Part shown: positions 27,256 through 37,314 of the stretch, piece after piece | Position numbering within the stretch: position 1 is the stretch's first letter | Layout: each line of letters begins with the position of its first letter | Virus record (IMG/VR): IMGVR_UViG_3300010396_000009 | Location: 11,232 to 75,231 of that record | Source of the DNA: a virus | Direction: 5' to 3' (one strand) | Length of the DNA: 64,000 nt | Position numbers and translations under genes: made by a program | The notes under the pieces: model-generated | The model's input: the letters and a program-made list of their open reading frames with translations, nothing else | What the model was told of the DNA's origin: nothing | Database searches by the model: none

Positions 27256-28335
27256 TTACGAGTAGAGTCCAGAGAACTCCAAGCCAGTGTTGAGGTTCGT
27301 GCCGGTGAGCTTGATCAAGCAGGCGGGTCGCGTGCACATATAGAGCACATTGCTCTGAACGTGCATCATGATACCCTTGTCGAAGGGCAGCCTCTCCTGC
27401 TTCGCGTAGATCAGCTGACCGCGGGTATTGACCGTCTCGACGAAGTCGCCGGGAGCGACCACTTCAAGGAACAGGTCACGGGCGCCGGTCGGGAACGCGA
27501 TCGCCTGCGTAGTCGGAATGAATCGCGTGGTTCCGACGAATCCGCGATAGTTCTCCCAGGACACATCAGCGAAGTTGAATCCACCTTCCTGAGAGCCGCC
27601 GGGGATCTGGGTCTCGCGCAAGAAGCTGTTCTGCTGATAGTACTCGTACGCCTTGCGGACGGTGCCGTGGTGCACGAAGTTGTCCCAGAACTGGTTCCCG
27701 CAGATCACCTTGACTCCGGTGAACGGGGTGTTACCGAGGGCGACCTGCATCTGGCGGATGAGACCCTGGGCGAGCATCTTCATGTCGACCGTCGGGTTCG
27801 GTAACGCGTATGTCCCCGCGTCCGTGAAGTCAACAGTAATGCTCGTCTGCGAGATGCCGAAGTCGGTGAAGAAGTTCTCGACCGTGGAGCCGTCAGCGTC
27901 CAGGATGACGCCCGTGAGAGCGCCGATGCGGTGGTACTCCCAGGTGACCTCCTGATTGGCCTTCATCTGCTCGAGGCGATCGTTGACGATCTGTGAGAAG
28001 ACCTCGGTCTGGTCCTCGCTCCCGAAGGCTCGCTTGCCCTCCAGGTCCTCAGCGAGGAGCTCAAACCACTGAGGCATGTGAGGCACCTGGAACGCTCGCT
28101 CCTTGCGGCGAGGTTGGTGCATCGTGTTCTGCAGCGAGGAGCCGCGAGTCTGGGTCTGAACCAGCTGCAGGATGCCCTGGCGCTCTTCGATGACTGCATG
28201 CCTTGTCGTAATCGGGCGCTGCTGGAACAGCCCCATTTCTCCGATTCGACCTGGCATATACGGCAGCTTGTCGATCGCCAGCGTAAGACTCTGCAAATCG
28301 AACGGCGAGCCGTCGAATATGTCTAAGAGGGCCAT
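27256..28335 (-). CDS. Major capsid protein (lambda gpE family)
   Basis: LTLAIDKLPYMPGRIGEMGLF, TWEYHRIGALTG, QSNVLYMCTRP. Confidence 0.9.
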   Translation of the reverse strand: MALLDIFDGSPFDLQSLTLAIDKLPYMPGRIGEMGLFQQRPITTRHAVIEERQGILQLVQTQTRGSSLQNTMHQPRRKERAFQVPHMPQWFELLAEDLEGKRAFGSEDQTEVFSQIVNDRLEQMKANQEVTWEYHRIGALTGVILDADGSTVENFFTDFGISQTSITVDFTDAGTYALPNPTVDMKMLAQGLIRQMQVALGNTPFTGVKVICGNQFWDNFVHHGTVRKAYEYYQQNSFLRETQIPGGSQEGGFNFADVSWENYRGFVGTTRFIPTTQAIAFPTGARDLFLEVVAPGDFVETVNTRGQLIYAKQERLPFDKGIMMHVQSNVLYMCTRPACLIKLTGTNLNTGLEFSGLYS

Positions 28336-28398
28336 TCGTGTCTTCCTTTGATTCTCTCGAGACTGGGTTAAACTGACAACAGAGAACTAGTGTCTTGA

Positions 28399-28965
28399 TT
28401 ACGTCGTCTGCGTTCCGATCGCCGCGGCAGCGGGCTCGGTCAGCATGTCGATGGGCGGATTCAAGGCCTGCAGTGAGGTGATGATAGTCGCGGCGGTATA
28501 CGCCACACCAGCGAGATCGGCAGCCTGAATCATTGATTGGTTGATCAGGGCGGGGCCACGAAACAAGATCGGATACTTGGCCGCGGTGATTGCGTTATTT
28601 GCGAGCGCCTCGGGGATATTCTGCGAGTCATCGCCAAGAAAGAGACCGACGACCGAAGCCTCGTCGCCGGAGTTTGCGGCTGTCCACTGGGTGGCGACTT
28701 TCTTAAGCGGAAGCCCGGCCTGAATTGCCCCAGCCGCGATGGAAATGCCAGACGTGTTTTTGATCGTCTGAGCCGTTCTTGTGTAGAGCTGATTCGGCTC
28801 CCAGCGCACGAGCTCATACGGTCGCACCCGGTCAGTGATCGGCCCCTGAGCCACGGCACCCAGCATACCGAGCGCAAGGATCGCCTCGGAGTACTCCGGA
28901 AAAATTGCGCATGCCAGCGCCATGATCGCGATGATAGCCAGCGTGGGCAGAAGCGAAAATTTCAT
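28399..28965 (-). CDS. Head decoration protein with a hydrophobic N-terminal leader
   Basis: Between scaffold and MCP; VRWEPNQLYTR...RGPALIN; start MKFSLL at 28965. Confidence 0.6.
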   Translation of the reverse strand: MKFSLLPTLAIIAIMALACAIFPEYSEAILALGMLGAVAQGPITDRVRPYELVRWEPNQLYTRTAQTIKNTSGISIAAGAIQAGLPLKKVATQWTAANSGDEASVVGLFLGDDSQNIPEALANNAITAAKYPILFRGPALINQSMIQAADLAGVAYTAATIITSLQALNPPIDMLTEPAAAAIGTQTT

Positions 28966-29014
28966 TTGTCGAGTCCCGTTTGTGAGTATAGAGTCGTGAG
29001 ATCGAATTAAGCGT

Positions 29015-30310
29015 TTACGAATTTCGCCGATGACGGGCAGCGTGCTGTGCGGCTCGTCGCTCGGCGTCCTTGACGATGGACGGCGTGCCGTTGTCACCAT
29101 GGTTAGGTGATTGCTGATGATTGGTTCGCTCTCCCGTCGAGGTGATCGGACTGTTCAGCGAGAGGGCTGCGACGATGTCGTCGAAGTCATCTCCTGTCTC
29201 GTTGGGATACATGGTCTCATGCGAGAGGGCGAAGGAAACGGCCTTCGGCGTCGCGTACTTTGCCTTGAGCTGCTTCATCACCGGGACCGAGATCTTCTTA
29301 CTGGTCACGAGACCCAGGAGCTCTTGTTCGCGAGCCTTGACCAGGCGATTCTGAAGGGACTTCGGAACGTCGAAGCTCATGGCCGGGGGAGGCTCGTAAT
29401 TGCGATCATGGGCTCTGTTGCGTCGCCCACCACCGAACTCATCACCCTCACCCTCGTCCTCGAAGACTTCAGGAGGAACCCCGGCGCCCATTCCCTCGGC
29501 CTCGGAGAGCTCCCCTTCCTCTTCCTCTTCCTCGAATTCAGGAAGCTCTTCTTCCTCACCCTCGCCGCCTTCGCCTTCACCTTCACCTGGAGGAGCGGAG
29601 TTGAAAGCTTGCTCGATGCACTCGCTGATCGCCTCGTCATCGGCCCCTTCGGGGCACTCAACTCCGAGCTTCTGAGCGAGATTAACAAGGGCCGGACTTG
29701 CCATATTATTTCCTTCTTCGTGATCGCAAGCGATGAATGAAAGCTCGATGCCTGATTGATTTGCTAACTGAGCCGCTACGTCAGAGAATTTACTCAGAGC
29801 TGGAACAACGGGATAATCCGTAATCGCCACGTGGCGAATTGGTCTAGCATAGCGCTTGCCGACGCCAGACGTAAATTCATGCGGCATGAATAGGGAAACG
29901 TCGCTCTCCCTAAACTGCTCCTTGTATTCTGGCCTTCGCCATTTTATGTAGGCGAATAGCGCCGGCTGACCTCGCCGATTTGGGTGCTCAGACGGCTCAA
30001 CGGCCATCTTGACCACGGTGCCTCGACGGGCCTCGGGGTCAGTAGTGTGACCGATAGGAACTGGTACTGGGATGCCGTCATGGGCCATCTGATTGAACGT
30101 GCGCACCCAGTGCTCGAGCTGGAACTCATCGACGGGAAGCTCGAATTGAGTCTCCCCGTTATCATCTACCTTGACAAAGGTTCCAGGGTACGCGAGCTCT
30201 TTTCTCGAGATAAGCTCAGGCTCATCGAGCCCGCAGGACGCGTCCACTGATAAGCAGACTGTCTTGGGAAGCTTTAGAAACCACTCAGTTCTGAGTCTAT
30301 TTTTGGCCAT
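29015..30310 (-). CDS. Mu-like prohead protease/scaffold (gpI-like)
   Basis: VPIGHT, VSLF, RHVAITDYPVVPAL; acidic scaffold C-terminal half. Confidence 0.8.
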   Translation of the reverse strand: MAKNRLRTEWFLKLPKTVCLSVDASCGLDEPELISRKELAYPGTFVKVDDNGETQFELPVDEFQLEHWVRTFNQMAHDGIPVPVPIGHTTDPEARRGTVVKMAVEPSEHPNRRGQPALFAYIKWRRPEYKEQFRESDVSLFMPHEFTSGVGKRYARPIRHVAITDYPVVPALSKFSDVAAQLANQSGIELSFIACDHEEGNNMASPALVNLAQKLGVECPEGADDEAISECIEQAFNSAPPGEGEGEGGEGEEEELPEFEEEEEEGELSEAEGMGAGVPPEVFEDEGEGDEFGGGRRNRAHDRNYEPPPAMSFDVPKSLQNRLVKAREQELLGLVTSKKISVPVMKQLKAKYATPKAVSFALSHETMYPNETGDDFDDIVAALSLNSPITSTGERTNHQQSPNHGDNGTPSIVKDAERRAAQHAARHRRNS

Positions 30311-30316
30311 GCTATG

Positions 30317-31006
30317 CTAAATATACCCTGTCACTAGTGCGCCCGCATTGAAACGAAATCCAGGGTCGACGTCCGGAGTTCCGATGAACGGCCGAGTCTT
30401 AGCCAATCGAGAGCCAAATCTGATCGGCCTACAGCGACAGCGACAATTCCACCCATTCGGGGTGAAATATGAGCGCCAGAACTTATGACGCTTGGGATAC
30501 CTGACGCCGTGAAGAGCTCTGTGACTCTTCCTGGCGTCTATCTTGGCGACGTACTCAAAGCCCCAAATACTGGGATCACTGTATCCCTGAATCCAGGTAG
30601 CCGCCGCATCAGCGATAGATGACTGAGTCCTGGCTACAGTCTGTATCAGAGACTTATCCTCGCCGTAGACACCAATTCTAGTGAGGGCCCTGCGAATATA
30701 CTGTAATCGCTTCGCCTCGGAGAGCTGTGAGGCTACTCGAATCGCCTTCAATAGATCAGCTCGCACGCGAGACATGTTCTCGTCTGTGATACTTCGCGCT
30801 ATCGAGCGAAACATCTCAGTGGCAGCTATCCTTTGGCGCTTGGGAAGCGATCTGAAGACCTTGATGCCATGATCCTGCGCCATCGCGAATACTTGGTGCT
30901 CGACTTCTGAGCAGTCGAGAGCATAGCCCACCGGATCAGAGGCCGCCTCCAGAGACCATGCGAAGTACCTGGAGGCGGCGATCGAAGATAGCTGATCTGG
31001 CGTCAT
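30317..31006 (-). CDS. Mu gpF/SPP1 gp7-like head morphogenesis protein
   Basis: EYVAKIDARKSHRALHG...PNGWNCRC, PDVDPGFRFNAG. Confidence 0.85.
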   Translation of the reverse strand: MTPDQLSSIAASRYFAWSLEAASDPVGYALDCSEVEHQVFAMAQDHGIKVFRSLPKRQRIAATEMFRSIARSITDENMSRVRADLLKAIRVASQLSEAKRLQYIRRALTRIGVYGEDKSLIQTVARTQSSIADAAATWIQGYSDPSIWGFEYVAKIDARKSHRALHGVRYPKRHKFWRSYFTPNGWNCRCRCRPIRFGSRLAKTRPFIGTPDVDPGFRFNAGALVTGYI

Positions 31007-31296
31007 TAGGCAGCGGGCGTATTGGCGACGACGGCCGCGGCCAGGGCCGCCTGACTTGTGCCGAGCTCTGTTGAGAGCGCGTTCAGCGCCGCGGAATCGT
31101 CCTGCGGAGCCGAGGCGATTGCCGCATCGAGCTTGTCCTTGAGATTCTTAAGAAGCTGAGCTGCCGAGGCCTCCGCACTTGTGTTCGCCGTGACCTGAGC
31201 TGTGAGAGCATCGAGTGCTGCTGACATCTGCTGTACCTTTTGCATGAGGTGATTGACCCGGTGCTCGAGCACCAAAGCGTTGTTCTCTAAGTGCAT
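31006..31296 (-). CDS. Ala-rich coiled-coil hypothetical protein
   Basis: Clean ORF with RBS, collinear. Confidence 0.65.
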   Translation of the reverse strand: MHLENNALVLEHRVNHLMQKVQQMSAALDALTAQVTANTSAEASAAQLLKNLKDKLDAAIASAPQDDSAALNALSTELGTSQAALAAAVVANTPAA

Positions 31297-31305
31297 AATT
31301 TACCC

Positions 31306-32277
31306 TTACTGAGGCCAGCCCCACCAGAAGGTGTCAAAGCTCATGAACCAGCTGTTATAAGACGGGATGCCCTGCAGCTCACTCACCTGATTGACCATAG
31401 ACACCTGTCCTGGACTCAGCAGTGGACCGATGGGTGATTGATATGGCTGCACTGACTGCACCGAGAATGGGTGAGTTGTGACCCCGACATCGCCATCTAC
31501 TAGTCTGCGCTGCCCTGCCCTGCACTGCTTGATAAACTTCTCGACTCGCTTTACGTCCGAGCTAAATCGATCGCGACCCTCCTCATCAGACGTGTCTCTG
31601 ATGCCCCTAGCTCGATAAAGAATCGATGCCGCGAGCATCGTGCAGTTGCGACGGAGCCCGGATGACTGCTGGGCAATCTGCGGAGTAATAATACCGCATG
31701 GACTGCCTCGAAGCTGCATCTTAAAGTCATCTGTCGCCTCGTCAACCGCAGCCCAGATGTTATTTAAAATATCTGACGTGACTCCAGTGTTAGCGGTATC
31801 GGCCCATTGAGTAATAGCATCGGCGGAATAGCGCCTATTCATCTCCCAGTGAGAGGTCCAGAATGCCGGGTAGTCGTCGTTGCTTACCCAGATCTGATAC
31901 TGCTCATTGATTACTCGATAAACGCCGTTCTGCTGCAGCGATGTAGTAACCGAGAAGCTAAACAGGTAAACAGTGCCGATGGTCCCATCTGGAAGAACTG
32001 CAGTAGGCGCAGTAGGATCCTCAGGAAGCACGCCACCAGAAACAGTGCACAAGACACCTTTGCCGATGCCAATCTGCGTAGCTGGTGATGGCGGTGTCAA
32101 CGGCCCAGAAAGATTAACAGTGAGAGTCGAGAACGAGAGATCAGTGTTCGTTGGACTTGGCAGTATCATCGTTGGATGCGGATCGCACGACGTGATCGTC
32201 TCACCGGGCGCCAGCTGCCTAGTGAAATCGAAGTAAAGTATCGGTATGGCGAGTACGCGCTTCTTTATGACTAGCAT
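31306..32277 (-). CDS. Virion protein: Ig-like N-terminal domain fused to a Mu gp36-like head-tail adaptor
   Basis: YFDFTRQLAPGETITS N-terminal domain; helical C-terminal domain AVDEATDDFKMQLR...LRRNCTMLAASILYRARG. Confidence 0.5.
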   Translation of the reverse strand: MLVIKKRVLAIPILYFDFTRQLAPGETITSCDPHPTMILPSPTNTDLSFSTLTVNLSGPLTPPSPATQIGIGKGVLCTVSGGVLPEDPTAPTAVLPDGTIGTVYLFSFSVTTSLQQNGVYRVINEQYQIWVSNDDYPAFWTSHWEMNRRYSADAITQWADTANTGVTSDILNNIWAAVDEATDDFKMQLRGSPCGIITPQIAQQSSGLRRNCTMLAASILYRARGIRDTSDEEGRDRFSSDVKRVEKFIKQCRAGQRRLVDGDVGVTTHPFSVQSVQPYQSPIGPLLSPGQVSMVNQVSELQGIPSYNSWFMSFDTFWWGWPQ

Positions 32278-32285
32278 TTAGATGC

Positions 32286-32471
32286 TCAGTTGCTCGGCGG
32301 AACGAGATATGGCTGCTGCGGTAACCTGATGACGAAGACCGTGCTCGGCGCGCCGAGCACAAATGGAGGTCCCGGCACCGGCTGCTGGGTGATGGCTCCC
32401 GTAACTGGGCGCCAGATCACCCTAGACGCGATGCCCATGGTCCTCTGCGTATGACCCCAGAATATCATCAT
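32286..32471 (-). CDS. Small hypothetical protein
   Basis: Fills the gap in the structural operon. Confidence 0.45.
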   Translation of the reverse strand: MMIFWGHTQRTMGIASRVIWRPVTGAITQQPVPGPPFVLGAPSTVFVIRLPQQPYLVPPSN

Positions 32472-32480
32472 GATAGCACA

Positions 32481-33989
32481 TCACGGCTGCGTGTACAGCG
32501 TGAAGGGAAGCTCGATGGCGCCGACGGCAGTCGCGAGGAACGTGATGCCGCCGCCGTTCATATCTGTATTGGCCAAATCTACCTTGTAGGTGCCGCTGGT
32601 GCCGATCTCTGTGATGCCGCTCATATTGGCAACGTTAGCATACGAATTACCGTCGATAGATCTCTGGAGCGTGATTTGCCCAGATAACCCAGATAAGAGC
32701 TGCTGTGGGTTCGCCGCGTTAAACATCGGGAATGTATAGCCGCTGATACCGACGTCCTTCTTGAAGACCAGCTGTCCATTCAATAAGGTGACCAGGGCGC
32801 CAGCCTGCATCGGCGTTCCGATGGCGACTAGAAGCGCCGCATAGTTAGCCGCGAGCACGCTCGCCTGGGCTGCTGTCTTGGCAGCGTCGTACGCTGATAT
32901 GAGCGCCATTGCATCGCCGGCCTTTGCGGGCGCGTAGTTAGGCTGACTGACAGATAGCGCGACTGATGCGCCCGCTTGCATCGGCGTCCCTACCGCCGTC
33001 AAGAGCAACGTCTCGTCAGCTATGTTATTTGTCGGCAGCTTGTTGTAGATGGATGTAAGATGCGACTGATCCGTGGCAGTCCACACGACGGATGCCTCGT
33101 CGACAGTCTGCGTGTATGCCGATAGAGTGTATACGACAGACGAAATTGTCGCCGATACATCCATGCGTATTTGCTCGAGTGTCGGTGAAGCGCCCGGTGT
33201 ATACGTCCAGCGGTACACACCTGTTGATGGGTTTGTGGCAGCAGACAAATTGCCCGACAAATTGCCGCTTGTGTTGCCCGTGGCCGTCAGCGTCGGAGTC
33301 GTATCGGCATTCACAGCCGTTCCGTCGACGGCGGAGTACGTGCGGCACTCGATGGTATAGGTCTCACCAGGGACATACTGCCCGATGGTAGTCAGCAACA
33401 AGTGCTTCGATGCAGACTGATTAATAGCGACGATATCAGCGTGACTGGCAACAGCGCCGCCGACGTTAAGGTTATCGAGATAGCCGGCCCTGGCGGACGT
33501 AAGTCGTGTCAAGAGCGTCGCAGCATCTACGCCGTCACCACTGGCAATAGTCGCCGGGACTTTGCCGCCGCTGGAATTCAACTGGCCCGTACCCGTTCCG
33601 ACCTGCAAGCCGTGGAGGTTGTTATTGGCGTCGACCGTGGGCACGCCTCCATTTGCGCCGGCTGTGGCATTCGGCACGCCGTCAAACCCTGCATTGTGTG
33701 CATTCGCGACTTCATACGCGTCGCCAGCGTCATTGATTGACGCCTCAGCCCCGCGCCATGCTAGCGGCCCGGTCGTGCCTGTGTCGCCGGTCCCTAGATC
33801 GAAGTAATAGAACCCGCTCGAAATTTCGGTTGCGTTTGTCACGCCGGCCGCCGGGTTCCCGAATAACCCGCCGTTCTTGCTGATCGTGATTGCAATAGTC
33901 TTCCCGGTCGCCAGCGTCTTGCCATCCGATGACAGGTAAGCCCGGAACGCCACACGCTTGGCGACTGATTGAGGTATCCGCTCTGCCAT
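32481..33989 (-). CDS. Virion structural/fibre-like protein
   Basis: Ala/Gly/Thr-rich; similar Ig-like N- and C-terminal segments; internal repeat GTPMQAGA x2. Confidence 0.6.
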   Translation of the reverse strand: MAERIPQSVAKRVAFRAYLSSDGKTLATGKTIAITISKNGGLFGNPAAGVTNATEISSGFYYFDLGTGDTGTTGPLAWRGAEASINDAGDAYEVANAHNAGFDGVPNATAGANGGVPTVDANNNLHGLQVGTGTGQLNSSGGKVPATIASGDGVDAATLLTRLTSARAGYLDNLNVGGAVASHADIVAINQSASKHLLLTTIGQYVPGETYTIECRTYSAVDGTAVNADTTPTLTATGNTSGNLSGNLSAATNPSTGVYRWTYTPGASPTLEQIRMDVSATISSVVYTLSAYTQTVDEASVVWTATDQSHLTSIYNKLPTNNIADETLLLTAVGTPMQAGASVALSVSQPNYAPAKAGDAMALISAYDAAKTAAQASVLAANYAALLVAIGTPMQAGALVTLLNGQLVFKKDVGISGYTFPMFNAANPQQLLSGLSGQITLQRSIDGNSYANVANMSGITEIGTSGTYKVDLANTDMNGGGITFLATAVGAIELPFTLYTQP

Positions 33990-33992
33990 GAT

Positions 33993-35441
33993 TTATCCTA
34001 AAGCGGAAAGACCAGATGGAAGTGCCGCACGGTTCGCGCCACCCGCCGCCGCCTGACTCTGCAACGCCCCGCCGTCCGCAAACCCCGCTGTAACCAGCCC
34101 CGGCAGCGACCCCGGAAACCCCGCCGCCTTGCACGCTGCCCCGCCGCCAGCCGTCGAGTTCAGCGAGAAGTCATTGCTAGTGCGTGCGGTAAACGGATCG
34201 GCAGTCAGCGTCACGTCTCCGCTGCCGGCGGCGAGATTATTGCGCGCCCCACTGGTGTTCGAACCGTAGGCGTTGTTGCGGTTCGCGACGATAAACGCGG
34301 CCGAGTTGGTGTCGTTTACTCCATACCCGCCGTTGCCCCAGAAAATCGAATTTTGCAGAAGCAGCCCGAAGAAATTTCCGTTGGCGATCGCACTCACGAT
34401 TCCGTCGCTGGTCTGCGAGACAAAATCACAATGACCCACGTCGATCATGCTCCCGCTCGTTGCTGATGATCCGGCCGCCGACGTGAGGTTGATTCCGGTT
34501 GCGTTGCTATAAAACACACAGTTGCGAACGGTGTAACCGTTGACGCCAGACACGCCCATCGACGGAATTTTGATGCCAGCGCCGGTGTTGCCGTGGATGT
34601 AGCAGTTCATAATCCGGCTCGTGTTCGCAATGATAATGCCATCTGCGCCGCCGGTCACTTCAAGTCCGTCGCAGATCAAATTCGAAATCGCGAATGCGAT
34701 TGAATTGTCGGAGAGAATAGCTGCTTTGTGACCCGACAGTTTGCAGTTGGAAATTCTCCAATTGGCTGTGGTCCGATTGAATCCCGGAACAAACGCATAT
34801 CCAGGTGTACCCGCAGTGGTGCTAAAGTCGATGTTGTCGAACACACGAAAGTTCAATGTCACGCTGGCGTTGTCTTTAATCATCATCAGGTTGTTCGTGG
34901 CAGTCGTAATCAGCGGTCGCGTCCCGTCGTGGTCTCCGCGAGTCGTGTGATACCCTTGCCACGTAATGACGCCGCTTGTCTGGTCGCCGGGATTACTGAG
35001 GATGATTGATGATGAAATTGTCTGGTTCGTGCCGTCAGCCTTGAGCCATGCAGTGTTCCCGGCAACGAGCACTCCCTCTGCTTTAGTAATCGTCGCCAGA
35101 GCACCGCCTACATTTGCCGTACCTGCTGCCCCGACACCAGTTGCCACGTTGCGGTCGAATGTGATTGACGATCCGACAACAACAGACGCCACATTGTAGA
35201 TGCCGGTGGTGAAGTTCGTGCCCGCTGTGATCTGTGTCCAATTTCCTACCATGTCAGATGTGGCAGAAGCAGTGGATACGGTTGCACTCGCCCCTGACGT
35301 GGTCAATCCGCTCAAGGCATATTGGGCACTCGCCTGCTGGCTGTAATCAGTGCCAGACGAACCGGTGACATAGCCACCTCCATTGTTGTCGCTTCCCGAA
35401 CCGGGGCGAACTTCTGCAACACTAGCTGCCGGAAGTGTCAT
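33993..35441 (-). CDS. Right-handed beta-helix (pectin-lyase-like) virion protein, depolymerase candidate
   Basis: Repeated I.NC.I.GN..GI rungs; ADPF....DFSLN cap. Confidence 0.7.
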   Translation of the reverse strand: MTLPAASVAEVRPGSGSDNNGGGYVTGSSGTDYSQQASAQYALSGLTTSGASATVSTASATSDMVGNWTQITAGTNFTTGIYNVASVVVGSSITFDRNVATGVGAAGTANVGGALATITKAEGVLVAGNTAWLKADGTNQTISSSIILSNPGDQTSGVITWQGYHTTRGDHDGTRPLITTATNNLMMIKDNASVTLNFRVFDNIDFSTTAGTPGYAFVPGFNRTTANWRISNCKLSGHKAAILSDNSIAFAISNLICDGLEVTGGADGIIIANTSRIMNCYIHGNTGAGIKIPSMGVSGVNGYTVRNCVFYSNATGINLTSAAGSSATSGSMIDVGHCDFVSQTSDGIVSAIANGNFFGLLLQNSIFWGNGGYGVNDTNSAAFIVANRNNAYGSNTSGARNNLAAGSGDVTLTADPFTARTSNDFSLNSTAGGGAACKAAGFPGSLPGLVTAGFADGGALQSQAAAGGANRAALPSGLSALG

Positions 35442-35702
35442 TTAGCTAACTGGATGCCTTTTCAATCTGAGGATGACTTGCTCTCTTTTGAGTCCCGGTA
35501 ATGCCTGTCGCAGAATTCTGAATGCCTTCTTCTGGTCTGGTGCATCGCACCAGACTCGCGCTTCGTCACCTGCCACGGTCCAGTGCTTCGGTTTCGCGTG
35601 CTTTCTATGTGCAACTGCCGCTGGCTTCGCCCGGTACTTTTCGCGAGTCTCCGCGATAATTTTATCGATCACTTCGGGTGTCATCGCGAGTCCCGTATGC
35701 AA
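35442..35702 (-). CDS. Basic hypothetical protein
   Basis: ORF abuts the beta-helix gene. Confidence 0.45.
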   Translation of the reverse strand: MHTGLAMTPEVIDKIIAETREKYRAKPAAVAHRKHAKPKHWTVAGDEARVWCDAPDQKKAFRILRQALPGLKREQVILRLKRHPVS

Positions 35703-35727
35703 TTGTTGTTGAGGTGAACGCCACGCA

Positions 35728-36045
35728 CTAGCCCCTCACTGGATTGACCGCGATTTTGAGCACCGTCGGCATTGCCGAATTCTGCCCCGTGGCCATACCC
35801 TGCAACGTCGTCAGCAGTGCGATTAGTGCGTTCACGTCGGCACCCTGTAGCGGCGTGCGACCGTCTGCTGGCGAACCGTCCTCGATAACAGACGAGTCGT
35901 TCGGGATCATCGCGCCCATGCCCTTCGCGGACCATGCTGCCAACGTCACGGCCAGCGTCGTCTGCAGCTGGGCAATCTGATCAGCGACGGGACGGATGTT
36001 TTGGTTGCAGAACTGTATCGCCGATGGGTCGATTACGTTGGGCAT
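35728..36045 (-). CDS. Hypothetical virion-associated protein
   Basis: GAGG RBS; DGSPADGR motif. Confidence 0.6.
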   Translation of the reverse strand: MPNVIDPSAIQFCNQNIRPVADQIAQLQTTLAVTLAAWSAKGMGAMIPNDSSVIEDGSPADGRTPLQGADVNALIALLTTLQGMATGQNSAMPTVLKIAVNPVRG

Positions 36046-36135
36046 GATCTTAGTCCTCGACTGCTAATGACTCTCGAAATCGCGAGCTATCGCGTGTGTA
36101 AACTTCGGCCGGTCTCCGGTTTGAGTAGACGGGTA

Positions 36136-36534
36136 TCACTGCCCGTCGATGGCCAGCTGCACAGTCGCGACATCCGCGTGTCTCGAGGCGTCCAGGACAT
36201 GAGTTGCCACGGCACGCGCCTGCGAAATCGTGATCGGGTTACCACCTCGCCTGGCCTTCACGCGAGCATCATGAACGACGGGACCAAGAACACCTTGAGT
36301 GTACTCGCAAGTTGACTCATCATATCCTGCGCTCAGGTGATCGTGAAACTCGACGGCTGATGTAGACGCTGGAAATCCACATAGCCCGGTGAACAGCGCA
36401 GGTAACCCTGGCAGGATCAAGTTGATGAGAGTCGCGAGCCATGCCGGCAGCATGCCTGCTAGCGCAGGATCACCTTGCGCTGATGAGAGTGCTGCTGATG
36501 CGAGCTTCTGCTGTGATGCCGAGAGAGGATTCAT
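36136..36534 (-). CDS. Hypothetical protein with a hydrophobic segment
   Basis: AAAGGAG RBS before MNPLSAS at 36534. Confidence 0.6.
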   Translation of the reverse strand: MNPLSASQQKLASAALSSAQGDPALAGMLPAWLATLINLILPGLPALFTGLCGFPASTSAVEFHDHLSAGYDESTCEYTQGVLGPVVHDARVKARRGGNPITISQARAVATHVLDASRHADVATVQLAIDGQ

Positions 36535-36580
36535 CTTATCTCCTTTGTAGATTTGCGAAATCAGCGACATCGCCTCGCAA

Positions 36581-37285
36581 CTACTGTCGTAGTTGTCTGC
36601 GAATACTATTGCACATCGCGCAGTTGGGTGATGTGCAAACCGGCTGGTTATAAAATACACCGTCCCACACAGCACCCTGAGCCGGTGCAGCAGTTGATTG
36701 AAACTGCCGCTGATAGATCCAGGTATCACCGCTCTTTGTGCAAGCTATTCCTGACGGCTGATGAAGATAACTGGCGAATGCCTTGAATGATTGCAATCGT
36801 GGCTTCAGCTTGGCGAGCACTGTTGGGTATAGATACGCCACGGCTACGTCGCCGGAGACTGGCGTGTTCGCCACGTCTCCCTCGACGATCGTGACATAGC
36901 CGTCGAGTCCGAGATTTCTGATGCGCTCGCGCGCCGCCCTGGCCCTGCTAGGATCAAGCTCAACTCCGATGCACTTACATTTCCATTTTTCTGCTGCGGC
37001 TACGCACCAGCGGGCGTCATAACCGCAGCCGAAGTCGACGAAGGCGACCTCAGGTCGTGGGAGCATGTTGATCACGCGAACTACCTCGCTCATGGGCGTG
37101 TGCGCGGCGTCATCAGTAGCCAGAGGTCGCGAGGTTAGCTCCGGCTCAGGCGCGAATGTATCGCCGCTGATTTGCGGAGTAGAGGTAGAAACGGCCGCGG
37201 GCTGAGGCGCGAATGTATCGTACTGAGCTACCGCGAGCGCCGGATACGCGATCGTGAGCAAGAGCGGAATCAAGAACGCTTTCAT
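36581..37285 (-). CDS. Signal-peptide-bearing class I SAM methyltransferase
   Basis: MKAFLIPLLLTIAYPALAVA signal; FVDFGCG, IGVELDP, IVEGD. Confidence 0.75.
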   Translation of the reverse strand: MKAFLIPLLLTIAYPALAVAQYDTFAPQPAAVSTSTPQISGDTFAPEPELTSRPLATDDAAHTPMSEVVRVINMLPRPEVAFVDFGCGYDARWCVAAAEKWKCKCIGVELDPSRARAARERIRNLGLDGYVTIVEGDVANTPVSGDVAVAYLYPTVLAKLKPRLQSFKAFASYLHQPSGIACTKSGDTWIYQRQFQSTAAPAQGAVWDGVFYNQPVCTSPNCAMCNSIRRQLRQ

Positions 37286-37314
37286 AGAGTGCTCCTTTAA
37301 AGAAGTAACTAGGA

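Noticed and set aside
26771-29100. Longer ORF-track starts for the neck (27337) and decoration (29100) genes
   Set aside because: The extensions overlap upstream genes; downstream ATGs at 27250 and 28965 fit the operon packing better.
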